Part shown: one piece after another, positions 13,242 through 26,400 of the stretch | Layout: every line of letters begins with the position of its first letter | How positions within the stretch are numbered: the first letter of the stretch is position 1 | Origin: Octopus sinensis | Taxonomy: Eukaryota | NCBI RefSeq assembly: GCF_006345805.1 | Contig: NC_043000.1 | Location: 45,198,001-45,262,000, forward strand | Direction of reading: 5' to 3' | Length of the DNA: 64,000 nt | Position numbers and translations under genes: made by a program | The notes under the pieces: model-generated | The model's database searches: none | Told to the model about the DNA's origin: nothing | What the model saw: only the letters and a program-made list of their open reading frames with translations

Positions 13242-14655
13242 TAAGAAAATTGCGTTTTGTTCCCCTTTTTCATCAGTTTCAATTCTGCTTCTCTTCAATT
13301 TGGTTAATTCTTAGTACCAGTATTCTCCAGCAGGGGATTCAGTCTATGGACACAGACATGGCTGTGTATTAAAATAATTTGCATTGTAACCATGTTGTTT
13401 CAAGTTCAATCCTACCATGTTGCACCTTACTTATCTTCTAGTATAGCTCTAGACCAACTAAACAGTGATAAGCAAAAGCATAAACTGTGGAAGCCAGTTA
13501 TAGCACATAATTTTGTTCTTGGGTGGTAAACATAACAATGTCTTTAGAGAATCCTCATTATGTCGCCTCCCCAACAATCTTGAGAGGTCCTGCAGAGCAT
13601 CATGGTTGCTTCTCTTTCTTTTAAATCTTTAAAAAATATACGTGGATATATATACATATAAACACATGTATGGATGGATACGTGTGAGGATAAATATGTG
13701 AGTCTGTGTGCGTGATATATATATTCTACCAAATATATACGTTTTATTTATTATTTTGCTCATTACTTAATCATTGGTATATGTTTTTATCTTATATTTA
13801 ATTTTTCAATAAGATGTAATTTTTTTCTATATGGTATAATTTAATTTTTTCATTGTTGAATTGATAAAAGATGTTTTTTTCTAATTTATATATATATGCA
13901 TAAGTCACAATATATGGATTCAACTAATCAGGGGTACACATGAAAAAAGCTCCTTAATGTATCATTCTACAAATCACATAGGATAATTAGTATGATACAA
14001 TAGAAGAACTTAAAATTATAAAGAGAGAAACATACAATGATAAAATTTATTTTACTATTGGACATTCATATTTTATAGCAGATGCATTGTAGCTTGATAA
14101 ATATGTATAAATAATTTATTTAATCATATTTTATAATAAATGATAAATTATTTACATGTCTATATTAATATATATATATACAAGCTTTTGCTTGTTGGGT
14201 TGAAAGAATTCTATGTTTATAGTTATATATAACAATTCTAAACACAAAGAGTCAATTTTCAAAACGTTAAGATACGGAAGACAGTAAGAATGAAATTAAT
14301 AGACATGTAAATAATTTATAATTTATTATAAAATATAATAAAATAAATTATTTATACATGATTATTAAGTTATGAAACAATTGTTGTTAAGTATGAATAT
14401 CCAATGGTAAAATAAATTTATCTTAGTATATTTCTCTTTATTTATAATTTCATATATATTTATATGTAAGGAATTTTTGTATTCTGAAATATTAGTTTAT
14501 GAATAATTAAATTTATTTGTTTCTCTCTTTATCTATAATTTTAGGTTTTTCTATCGTATCATACTAATTATTCTATGTGATTTGTAGAATGATACATGAA
14601 GGAGCTTTTTTCATGTGTACCTCGGATTAGTTAAATCCATATATTGTAACTTATG

Positions 14656-14705
<50 letters not shown>

Positions 14706-15871
14706 ATTATAATTAGGGTTCAGCTAATTGCTTCACCATATAACGAATTTAGAAACAGGAGTTAAAATTCCTTTTCTGCTATTATAAAAATCTCCATGAC
14801 GTTAACATAGCTTTTTATGAAGGCAAAGAGAATAAACAATGAATCAATATGACCAGGATTAACTATATACGTGTTTCAAGATTAAGTGATTGAAATTTTA
14901 CTCACTTCTCTCTTCAGTATAGTATTTCCAATTTATAAAATTTGAAAGTGCTAGGTCTGAATATGCACACAATCGGGTGACATCATGTAAGAGATACTCT
15001 CTTTTCCTCTTTTACTTGTTTCAGGCTTTTGACTGCAGCCATGCTGGAGCACCGCCTTTTAATCGAGCAACTCGACCCCGCGACTTATTCTTTTTGTAAG
15101 CCCAGTACTTATTCTATCGATCTCATTTGCCAAACCGCTAAGTAACGGGGACATAAGCACACCAGCATCAGTTGTCAAGCAATGCTAGGGGGACAAACAC
15201 AGACACACAAACACACACACGCATATATATATACATTATTACGACAGGCTTCTTTCAGTTTCCGTCTACCAAATCCACTCACAAGGCTTTGGTCAGCCCG
15301 AGGCTATAGTAGAAGACACTTGCCCAAGGTGTCACGCAGTGGGACCGAACCCGGGACCATGTGGTTGGTAAACAAGCTACTTACCACACAGTCACTCCTG
15401 CGCCTCACATATTTATACACACAAACACATATCCATACATACATGTGTTTATATATATACATATCTGCATATATTTTTTAATGATTTAAAAGAAAGAGAA
15501 GCAACCATGCTGCTCTTCAGGATCTCCCAAGATTGTTGAGGAGGCGACATAATGAGGATTCTCTAAAGACATTGTTATGTTTACCACCCAAGAACAAAAT
15601 TATGTGCTATAACTGGCTTCCACAGTTTATGCTTTTGCTTATCACTTTTTAGTTGGTCTGGAGCTATACTAGAAGATAAGTGACAAAGGTGCAACATGGT
15701 AGGATTGAACCTGAAACAACATGGTTACAATGCAAATTATTTTAACATGCAGCCATGTCTGTGCCCATAGACTGAATCTGCTGCTGGAGAATACTGGTAC
15801 TAAGAATGAAACAAATTGAAGAGAAGCAGAATTGAAACTGATGAAAAAGGGAACAAATTACAATTTTCTTA
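13242..15871. repeat. Nested inverted repeats (fold-back)
   Basis: Outer arms 13242-13702 and 15404-15871 are roughly 90% identical by eye. Inner arms are 13887-14162 and 14299-14670, with a ~95-bp extra segment at 14425-14517. Confidence 0.92.
14997..15404 (-). mobile_element. Full-length SINE family A
   Basis: Reverse complement of the 9401-9810 family from tail (cttttacttgtttc) to head (cactcctgcgcct); retains many CpGs, so relatively young. Confidence 0.92.
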
Positions 15872-16291
15872 CAGGTAAAAGAGTAGGGAGGTAAAGTATT
15901 TTAAAGCAGATACAATACACTGATTGGCTTTTAAATCAACCTAGAGTAAATGAAGTACATGGCACAGTTATTTTTTATTTAGAATATAAAAAGACATGAA
16001 TTTGACTCCCAAAATAATTTAGCCTGATTCTCTAATGGTTTTTCCACTCCAACACTTTTAATTACTAATAACAAAGTGTGAGCATCATGTAAAGCCATAA
16101 ATTTTGGCAAGTGAGTTATTGTGGATTAAATTGACTACAATATTCCATCAGTATTTTATGTTATTAAGCCCAGATTGATAAATATACAAGGTCAGCTTCT
16201 ATGGTATTTGAACTTATGAGGCAAAATATGCAAATAAAGAATGCAAAGCATTTTGTATATAATACATACATACATACATATAGCCATACAT

Positions 16292-16361
16292 TCATTGTGG
16301 TTCAGTGGTAGAATGCTTGCCTGGCACGCGAGCGACCCGGGTTCGATTCCTGACTGATGCA
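16292..16361 (+). pseudogene. tRNA-Gly(GCC)-derived pseudogene with anticodon GGC
   Basis: GTGGTTCAGTGGTAGAATGCTTGCCTGGCACGCGAGCGACCCGGGTTCGATTCCTGACTGATGCA matches metazoan tRNA-Gly-GCC. Anticodon arm pairs; anticodon 16323-16325 is GGC; acceptor stem is broken; CpG-type decay in the T and acceptor arms. Confidence 0.85.
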
Positions 16362-16371
16362 ACTTTCCCTT

Positions 16372-16789
16372 GGCTCAGGAGTGGCTGTGTGGTAAGTAGC
16401 TTGCTTACCAGCCACATGGTTCCGGGTTCAGTCCCACTATGTGTCACCTTGGGCAAGTGTCTTCTTCTATAGCTTCGGGCCAACCAAAAGCCTTGTGAGT
16501 GGATTTGGTAGACGGAAACTGAAAGAAGCCCATCATATGTATGTGTGTGTATATATATATATATATATATTTATGTGTGTGTATATGTTTGTGTGTCTGT
16601 GTTTGTCCCCCCAGCATCGCTTGACAACCTATGCTGGTGTGTTTATGTCCCCGTCACTTAGCAGTTTGGCAAAAGTGACCAATAGAATAAGTACTAGGCT
16701 TACAAAGAATAATCCTGGAGTTGATTTCTTCGACTAAAGGTGGGGTTCCAGCATGGCCACAGTCAAATGGCTGAAACAAGTAAAAGAGT
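16372..16789 (+). mobile_element. Full-length SINE family A
   Basis: Colinear with 9401-9810 from head to gaaacaagtaaaagag tail. Confidence 0.92.
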
Positions 16790-16941
16790 ACATACATGCA
16801 TGCATACATACATACATACATACATACATACATACATACATACATACATACATACATACATACATACATACATACATACATACATACATACATACATACA
16901 TACATACATACATACATACATACATACATACATACATACAT
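16789..16941. repeat. Long near-perfect (TACA)n array
   Basis: Direct reading; source of several spurious YVCM/HTYI ORFs. Confidence 0.97.
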
Positions 16942-17627
16942 GATTTGTGCTCTCCTCAGCAGTGTCTTACTGGTTGATTTCCAACAGCCTTCTCAGGCAG
17001 TTTATGTGGAATCAGTTTAGCTTTTTGGCATGGCATTCGTAAACCATCCAAGATATATAGATGTAGTAACGAATACATGACAGTATTCCAGTTTCATCAT
17101 CTTTTCTTATAAAGGCTTTTTTCAGGTTTTTGTTATTGTTTTCTACAATAATTACACCTTCATGATGAAGAGTTGCTGCCATATGTTGCTATAAATTACT
17201 ACTAGTATTTATCTTAATTATTTAATTTACAAATAATCAGTTCGCTACATATTACTTGTTTTTGCAGCTAGTCTATGTTATGTTTATTTTAGCTTTGTGC
17301 TGTGTGAAGAGTATTTCTTCTATCATTAACCACTGACTTTAGTAGGGAATTAAATTGTGTAGAGGTCTGTAATTGTCCACTAATTACAAACTAACTTTTT
17401 CTGTTTTATGTACTGAAATTATTTTCTCTTGTGCTTCATGCATCAGCAGGAAAATGCCATCCATGGCCAAATTAACAGTTGTTGCCATGAAGTTTACAAA
17501 CTTCCACTTTTGCAAATGAATTCATAGATCCCACTTGTCATTAGTAGCTTGTTTGTGGGTTTTATAGTTATTGATTGTGGTTCATGAACAGTTTTTCCAG
17601 GTAATTTAGTGATCTGATTGTGTATTC

Positions 17628-18130
17628 CTCATCATCATCATCGTCATCGTTTAACGTCCACTTTCCATGCTAGCATGAGTTGGACGATTTGAGTGAGGTC
17701 TGGTGAACCAGATGGCTGCACCAGATTCCAATCTGATCTGGCAGAGTTTCTACAGCTGGATGCCCTTCCTAATGTCAATCACTCCAAGAGTGTTGTGGGT
17801 GCTTTTATGTGCCACTGGCAATGGTCATGCTCAAATGGTGCTTTTTATGTGCCACCTGCACAGGAGCCAGTCTAGTAGCACTGGCAATGACCTTGCTCAA
17901 ATGTTTTTTCATGTGCCACCAGCACAAGTGCCAGTAAGGCAATGCAGGTAACAATGACACTTGAATGGTGCTTTTTACATGCCACCAGCACGGAGGCCAG
18001 CTTGTTGCTCTGGCAACGATCACACTCGCATGGTACTCTTAGCACTCCACTAGAATGGATGCCAGTCATCGAATTTGATTTTGATTTCGATTTCACTTGC
18101 CTCAGCAGGTCTTCACAAGCAAAGTGTAGT
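17628..18130 (-). mobile_element. SINE family C with internal minisatellite
   Basis: (cat)n-tttaacgtccactttccatgctagcatg tail; repeated ~60-bp ggtgctttttatgtgccac units. Confidence 0.8.
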
Positions 18131-18769
18131 GTCCAGTGATTATTCATGTTAAGTTATGGTTTAGTGCAATGCCTTTTGTAGCCTGATTTATAAAACTTTT
18201 CATGTCTTAGTCTGCACTGGTAAATATAATGCACTTAATGTAGTCTTCGTATTTGTTTTATAGATATGGTTTTTGATGTGGCTGTAGAATTGTATTTCTG
18301 TATTATTCTTGTGATTTAGTCTATTATTTCGCTTGAATACCCTTTGTTTATTATTTTTATTTTATAATCCTATCTATTTTATTCTCTGAATTTCTTTAGC
18401 TAATACTTCATTTGTTGGGGAATATTCATTTGTTCTAACGAAGGATTTCCTCACTGACTTTTGGTGTCCAAATGGAGAGTCGCTGCATAATCATTCATAT
18501 CTTTTGTGTAAACAAATATTTATGTTGTTTCCTATCTGAATCTTTGTTTAGAAATAAAGCCATTGAGCAATGCAGTGTCTAAAAATTAAATCTAGAAATG
18601 AAAACGATAAAAAACTGTAAATAATACTGATAGTATTATTGCATGCTTTTTCCCAGCTGGGACTTTAATGGATACATTGAATAATATCACAATTGCCACT
18701 TTTGTACATGAAGGTTAAGAAAATATTCTAAAGGAAATGGAACAGTCAAAGCTCTTAGAGTTCTCAAAG

Positions 18770-18950
18770 GAAAATGACCTGATCTTTTGCAATACTAACT
18801 TCAAGAAATCAGTCACACAAGTGATTAAAATCATACAAACTAAAGAGATTTTATTCCTACCCAGAAATGGGATAGAAGGCTGGTTCTAAAAACTAAGTCG
18901 AGGCTTAGTAAATAATGTGTCAACATTGACCATTGATTAGTGACACCAGA
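18770..18950 (+). mobile_element. RTE-like LINE endonuclease relic
   Basis: LLEFSKENDLIFCNTNFKK translates in frame; homologous to 37445-37675. Confidence 0.5.
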
Positions 18951-20714
18951 GTAAGAGAAAGACAAGCAAAAATATATAAGACCATCAGATGGAAGTTATG
19001 AAAGATGGTATATCTCTCATAGCAACATATATTTGTCCTCTACAGCATAGAGGACAAATAGTATATAGCAAGCGTAGAAAAACTAATGTAAAATTATGAA
19101 GCATACATTCACAGATGTACAAACACATGTATTGCAGTGTAAACTCCCTATCATAAATACTGTTTCTCATCTTGCATGCTTTTGTGAAATAAAATATTAA
19201 GCCTTTCCTTTACTCATTCAGTGTATTTCTCTGTTAATTTCTAGCCTCCATTTAGAGGCTTCTGAGATCTTTATAAATTTCTTTGATATGATTCAATTGA
19301 TAATATCAGCATTATCGAATTATAAAAGTAAAATAGCTGAGTGGTTATAATACTAGTTCTTTAGGTTAAATCTTTTGTAGATATTTCATAAATTTTAAAA
19401 ATACTTTTGCTTCTATATACCTCCAGTTCACCTGGCTATATGAAACTGGCAACACTTACCTGGGATGTACTCAGAATAATCTAATCTGGTATCCCACCCA
19501 TGGAGAATTATATCACTTGTTTACTTTGCATTGAAGAATGAAGGACAAGCCTGTAGTAAACTCTAAAACAAGTTGTTTTTTTTAAATATCTATTTTAGAC
19601 CTTTAGTTCTTGTTAAAGTGGTTACATTCATACTGATTTCCTGTTTTCCCTCACACTGGTGATCCATAAAGTTAATTCTCAGATTGAATTTCTGCAGTGA
19701 GGTTTGTATTTCTTTCTCATTTTATTTTTGCCTTTCTTATCATTGGTATCTCTCCCTTTCTTCATTTAATAATTATTTTCTTTCTTTTTTCATTTTCTGT
19801 TCATTCTCACTTTCTTGTTCTGTTTTTCTATCTTTCCATTCTTATATATATTCTCTTGTGTCTTTTCTTTCCCTTTTGTCTTTCTCTCCTTCTTTAGCTA
19901 ATTTAATTACAATACAATTTTTTACAATCTTCAACCTGTCATATATATTTATATATATTAGCTTCCCTTCAGTTAGCAGACATAAAGGCCCACAATTTCT
20001 AGAATTGACTGATGAGAAGTCACTATGTTGTTGCAATTTCCTGTTGCATTATTAAAGTAAAGCAAGAATAAAGTGAAATAAAATGGCCTCAACTGGGAAT
20101 TGAAACTTCTCTGAGAATATATCTCTTCTAGAAGCCTTCCTCTTTATGATTCTTTCCAAAAAATCTTTTATATCACTTAACTAGCAAGAACTCTCTTCAA
20201 ATTTATTCTTATCCTTCATATTAATGCATCACAAACTTTTTATATTTCCATACAATTTTCTTTACAAAATTTTATATTATTTTCATCTTTTGAAAATAAA
20301 TTATGCATTACTTCCAGGCAATATATGATTATTTTACATTACTTATGGCAATATATTATTATTACTAAGTTATGTAACTCAAGGCAACATATTATGACTT
20401 AAAGCAATAATATCTTATTTAGCTATTACTTACTTTTCCTTTCGTTATTATTCCATATGTATTTTCAATAGATATCTAATTTGAATTTTTATCTTTTTAC
20501 CCAGGAAATATTTTTATTTCATATATATATTTCAATAATTATTTTACACATTCATCATTCGAAACTTTAAAGAAATTACTGGTAAAATACTACAGATTAA
20601 CTTTCATAGAGTTCAGTTAAATTTTAAGCACTTTTGCCTTTTTTAGCAGAGAAATAATTTTATTTCATATATAGGCGTGCATATATAAATATACATATGC
20701 ATGTATGTATATGT

Positions 20715-21027
20715 GGAGGTGCAATGGCCCAGTGGTTAGGGCAGCAGACTCGCTGTTGGAGGATCACGGTTTCTATTCGCAGACTGAGCGTTGTGTGTGT
20801 TTATTGAGCGAAAACACTTAAAAGCTCCACGAGGCTCTGGCAGGGGATGGTGGTGACCCCTGTTGTACTCTTTCACCACAACTTTCTCTCACTCTCTTTT
20901 CCTGTTTCTTGAGTAACGCTGTGATGGACTGGCATCCCGTCCAGCTGGGGAGAACATATACGCCACAGAAACAGGGAAACCAGGCCCATGAGCATGGGTA
21001 GGCTTGGAAAGGGCAAAAAACAAAATG
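20715..21027 (+). mobile_element. tRNA-derived SINE (family D) with V-SINE/MetaSINE-like central motif
   Basis: Head tggcccagtggttagggcagcagactc..ggtttctattc; internal gtgatggactggcatcccgtccag resembles the V/Meta domain core from memory. Confidence 0.65.
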
Positions 21028-21778
21028 TATGTATATATATATATATATATGTATAGAAAGAGAGAGAGAGAAAGAGAGAGATATATACATACATATATAT
21101 ATATATATATAATTATACGTAAGCATTCCTATATATATGCATTAATCTATGCATGCTATTTGGTTCTCACCTAACATAAATACAGTTTTGGAGAGGCATG
21201 GCTAAACCTACTTGCCTTAATCAGATATAGTTGCTACCAGTTGAAATTGTGATACATAATTATACATTAAACTGAAAATTCAGCCTTTGAGTATGATGCC
21301 ACGAATAAGCAAAAGCATCTAATATAATTTTCAGAGCTGAAGTTGGGAAGAATTTACTAGGGATTCATGATCATATATTGAAAATAAAATAATTTCATGA
21401 TGAAAAACACATGTGAAGAAATGTTTTACTGATCAGGTCAAAGATGGTTTACAGAATATTTTATTATCATACAGAGCTACCATACAAACCAAAAGTGAAT
21501 TTGTAGCTGTGTTTAGATGGCTATCATACGTCTTAAATAAATGTAATCAATTTATTTTTCTGTCACGTATGTATATATGTGGCGATTCTTTCCTCCGTCT
21601 TCCCTTCCTTGGATCTTTCCTTTTTCTATGTTTCTGACAAAGAGCTCTGCTCTAAACGTTAAATTCTCCTTTTTTCTTTCCTTTCCTGAGCGTCCAATAA
21701 CACTATACTTGTTCCATGTCCATTCGTTGTTGTGTTTTCTCTTTGTGCTTTCATGTTTGGATTAACTTTATATATATT

Positions 21779-21822
<44 letters not shown>

Positions 21823-22039
21823 CACACACACACACATAATGTATATGTGTGTATGTACATTACAAGTCATCTCTGCCTGTCAGGGCTAAGATCGCATACA
21901 TTAGAAATATGTTTCACAGGATACAATTTAAATATGGCAAGGCAGGCAGCAAAAATACCAATAGTGTACAATTCGGGTAGGTTCTGACTGAGAAAGGCTA
22001 TCCACATTCTTTTGTTAAATGCTTGGATATCACCAGACT

Positions 22040-22540
22040 ACCTAACAAAATCAACACAGCCGAGGATAACATTTTTTGAAACTGCCACAATTTAATGGAA
22101 CAGCAACTGTTGCAATCTACTGTGCTATATAGGGAGGGATTGAATATATGACTGACACACTCCAGACCTTCCTTGAAGAGAGTCCTAACTAAAGATAAAG
22201 CAATGCAATATATACACTGCCCAACTGTCCAATCAATAATGAAAATATATTTCTGAGGTTCTACGGAGTGTGTAGAATCACATGCAAAACAATGAAATCT
22301 ACATCAAAAGTACCATCAGACAATTCGACATACAGATTAAAGAACATTTTTGTACTATTGCTTCTGTTAGAAAGCATTTATAGAAATTCCACAGCCAAGC
22401 CATCCAGGTTTGCCTTAAAGTTGTGGAAAGAAACATCAAGAATTTGAGAATGAAAGAAGCTCTTTTAATTAATAAATTGGTTACTATTGCAATGCATATC
22501 AAATATGCATTCACCACAGGATGAAGATGTCAGTGACTAC
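22040..22540 (+). mobile_element. Decayed Penelope-like element (RT C-terminus plus GIY-YIG)
   Basis: LKLPQFN..; NEIYIKSTIRQFDIQIKEH..ASVRKHL..VVERNIKNLRMKEALLINKL follows the GIY-YIG pattern (YIG..R..EH..E). Confidence 0.6.
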
Positions 22541-22607
22541 CAACCTTTCTCCAAAGATTCCCCGAGGAAGACAACCTATCTCTGAAATATTAAATACCAG
22601 GTAACCT

Positions 22608-23025
22608 AGGCATAGGAGTGGCTGTGTGGTAAGCAGCTTGATTACCAACCACATGGTTCTGGGTTCAGTCCCACTGCATGGCACCTTGTGCAAGTGTCTT
22701 CTACTATAGCCTCGGGCCGACCAAAGCCTTGTGAGTGGATTTGGTAGATGGAAACTGAAAGAAGCCCGTCGTATATATGTATATATATATGTATATGTAT
22801 GTATGTATGCACATGTGTGTATATGTTTGTTCCCCCTAACATCACCTGACAACCGATGCTGGTGTGTTTATGTCCCCGTAACTTAGTGGTTCGGCAAAAG
22901 AGAGCAATAGAATAAGCACTAGGCTTACAAAGAATAAGTCCTGGGGTCGATTTGCTCGACTAAAGGTGGTGCTCCAGCATGGCCACAGTCAAATGAGTTG
23001 AAACAAGTAAAAGAGTAAAAGAGTA
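22608..23025 (+). mobile_element. Full-length SINE family A
   Basis: Colinear with 9401-9810. Confidence 0.92.
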
Positions 23026-24349
23026 AAAAAAGTAATGCTACCAACCTGTTTTATATTTATAAATTGCATTGTTTAATTGCAGTAGATTTCATTAATTTAT
23101 TTGAAACAGATTATTCTTTTCAGCACTACTCAGAGTTCTTTTGCTAGTTAGTATCCTTCAGGTGACAAAAACTTATATATACCATGACTTCTAATGCATA
23201 CTCAGAAAGCCACTAAATTTTGTGAAGGGAAGATTTATTACTTCAACTTGAGTATTTGTTCTTTATTTTATTGAGTCCCTAGAATGATGAAATTAAAGTT
23301 TGGTCCCAATAGGATGTGAACAAAATGCATATCAGAATAGAATTAACTACATACTTCCAGCATTTTGTCTGTCATTCTACTGATTCTGCAATCCACAATA
23401 TGAACTCAGTTGACATTTTAATAAATTCATTTTATGACTGGCTCTGGGCTTAACAAGAATTTTCCTTTCTTCCTTCATCTCTAGATAAATACCTGACAAG
23501 AACTGTAAAATTTACCTTCCGTTATGATACACACATTTGTGCAATTATTTGATTTTATGAATTTTACTGACATTTCTTTTTTCTCTGATGCTAAAATCTC
23601 ATTGATTTCCTGAGGCTTTAGTGATTTTTTTGTCTATTTTTCTCCTTACTTTACTGGGAGAGCTGCAAATTGCAATGCACTGTAACATTTCATGTCTTTA
23701 ACATATATATAAAAAAAGTGAATTTATGCATGTACATTTCCAGTCATAGATCTAGGCATTTGAAATTTGGCAAAAGATGCATCGTTTCAGGGGGAAGGTC
23801 ATATGTTATGTGACATGTTTTGACATTCTCTATAAACCTAGGCAAGACTAGGTATTTCTGTGAGTTAAAGATAGTTTCATTAATTCCTTTTTCATTTTAG
23901 GGAATAAATTTAGTCTCTACTTTACAAAGGTTAGTCTTCACAAATAAGAAAACATCTGTTCCATTCTACTTGTTTTAGTTTTCTTTTATTTTCTTCTTTC
24001 CTTTCATTTTTCTTCTTATATCAACATTTTCCTTTTTATTCCCATCATTGTTTTTTTCTATTTGACTTTTACTTACTTTTATTTTGTATTCTCTTCTCTT
24101 CTTTCTTTTTCTTTTGTTTTTACTCTTTCCTCTATTACATCACTTACTTTTCATCTCCCATTTTTACCCTAGCTTTGGCAAGTTCACGGTGAGACCTGAA
24201 TTTTCGCAGCAATATGAAAAAGATCACAGCAATGATGTAATGTAAAAAAGCAAGCAAGTCTCCCTAGAATATCTCTTCACAAATTTTCCCATTTTTCTAA
24301 TTATTTTTTTCCAATTTTAGTTACACTTCTCATGATCTCATCATATTTT

Positions 24350-26400
24350 CTAAAAATAAAATCTTCTCATTGCTCCCAGGAGTCCTTAGGCATTCTAAGA
24401 GCCAACAGTATGGAATATTATTGTAGTCTTTCTTATAGTTGGTCCAACCAAATGCTAAGTTTTTCATTCTTATTTACACCTCACTCATCATACTTTCAAC
24501 GTGCAGCAGATCAACAGTTTCTTTGACTTCTTTCTGCATCCCTGTGGCTCTTCTGGTGATAATTCTTCTTTTCCAGGAATCTATGCAATTCATTGGCTAT
24601 ATGGCCAGTTAATAATTTCCAGATATTATTATTAGTAATTAAAGTATTGGAGAGAAAAAAAGGCATTAGAGAATCAGTCAAAATTATTTTAATTGCCATA
24701 TTATTATTTTAATTGTCAAATAATGCTGGTTACAACAGTTACATGCATTTCATTCTCGTTGGATAGATTTAATTATCATTTTAATTTACTATACCTTGAC
24801 AACGGTGGTGCATCAGCACGGCCGCAGCTCTGAGCTGAAACTTAAAAAAAAAAAAAAAGACCTTAATTTCTCCTGGACAGAAAATTATATTTTTATCTCC
24901 CTTTCCCTCAAGTAAGCATGTAATAGACACATAATTACTATCTTCCCTTCCCTTTGTTCTTTGTCATTCTGTAGTAGCATTGCCTTTCTTTTTGTTATCT
25001 GGTTGTGTGTGATCCCTTTACTGTACAGCCTGTAAAAATAACTTCTGTATAGCTGTGCCTACTTGTGTAATGTTTAACCACAAACTCTGCACACCATGTG
25101 GTCTGGGAGCTTTCCAATCTATTTTCTGTTCTTTTAAGCATCTTTTTTTACTCTCTCACCAGTAATATTTTTATAATCTTAATTTTATCTATTTTCTATT
25201 TCACTTTTAAATTTTTCATAACCACTCTGCTTCCCTAATTTGTTGAATCTCGTTGCTCCAAGTGTTTGTCCAAAACATCCTTGCTGCTTCGACTGTTGGC
25301 ACATTTTTCTACTGATGCTCATTGTAACTGTTCTGCTGTTTGTAAAATTTCCTATTTCCTTTCATTGTTTCTGAAGAGCTGTTTTGCTGGTATCGTTTTA
25401 TTTTTGTTAGCATCAAAACTTTTTACCTGATACTGCCTAAATAGTTTTTTTTTCCTATCCTTTCTTTAGCTACCAATAATTCTCTGTCTCTGTTATTGCA
25501 TTTATCCTTCCAGGACCTCTGTTGAGCTGTTAAACTTGATTCTCAAGTTTGATTTCCATCACAGGTTTTGTCTCTTGCTTTTCCTTGACTTTCAATCCTA
25601 AGAAATTTTATTATCAAAAAGATTATTTAGATCTGTTCTATTTCCAACCTGGATTTTCATAAACATCTTCTCCAGTGTTTTTGTAACTTACGTAATTTTC
25701 TTCTTTCAACTCTTCACGAAGTTGAGAGTTCCTTTCTTTTACTAGTTCATGCCTCAGTTAGTTATAGTTGTAAGCTCCATTCTTCCACTATAGCAGCTTT
25801 TCTTTCCATCTAATAAAATTTGTTAGCACCCTGGTTATTATTTTTGTCCTGATGCTTTATGGAACTCTGCTATTACTTGTTCAAATTTTCTCTCCTTCAT
25901 TTTCTTCCAGAAAGCTATGTTCTTTATCTTTTACTGTTTTGATAATCTCTTCAATTTCCAAATGGAATAGCCACTGACTTTTCATGGTGAAATTTTCCTG
26001 GTTTAGAAGTCTTTGTTCTGCAACAAGAAACATGTATTTCCTGACCAACGTTTTATGCATTCATTCCTGTAGCCTACATTGGCAGGTTAGCTTCTGTTAT
26101 AACAATACATCACAGTTTAAGTGTCACTTTGAGACCATCTTCCCTTAATCTGCGTAGCAGTAGTTGAATAAAAACCAGGCACATCCTGCTACATTGGGCA
26201 GCCATACCAGTCAATCCACTTGTGGTAACACATTTTATTTGGGCAGTTCTCTCGTAAAGAGAACTGTGAAGTTAGATGTCACCACCACTGGTACTTTGCT
26301 TGTGACACTATTTCTAGAGGACTGTTAATCTAGTCTAAAAAACTGCCATCCCTTTGTGATAAGCCTAGCCCCTAAAAAGTAACCTCTGTCAGTTTTAATC
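24350..26400 (-). mobile_element. Old R4/Dong-clade LINE relic (N-terminus to RT start)
   Basis: Minus-strand pieces VAEQRLLNQ..WLFHLEIEEI, FRNNERK..PTVEAARMFWTNTWS, IWKLLTGHIA..QGCRKK and GWTNYKKDYNNIPYCWLLECL parallel the long element's FWKRIWSD, YKILT, EQKGCR and WINYKKAFDSIPH. Confidence 0.7.

Noticed and set aside
16292-16361. Functional tRNA-Ala(GGC)
   Set aside because: Gly body, broken acceptor stem, T-stem mismatch and CpG decay.
17760-18040. CRISPR-like repeat-spacer pattern
   Set aside because: Degenerate minisatellite inside a SINE; eukaryotic context; no cas genes.
22383-22478. Host exon KFHSQAIQVCLKVVERN..
   Set aside because: Better explained as the GIY-YIG end of a decayed Penelope element.
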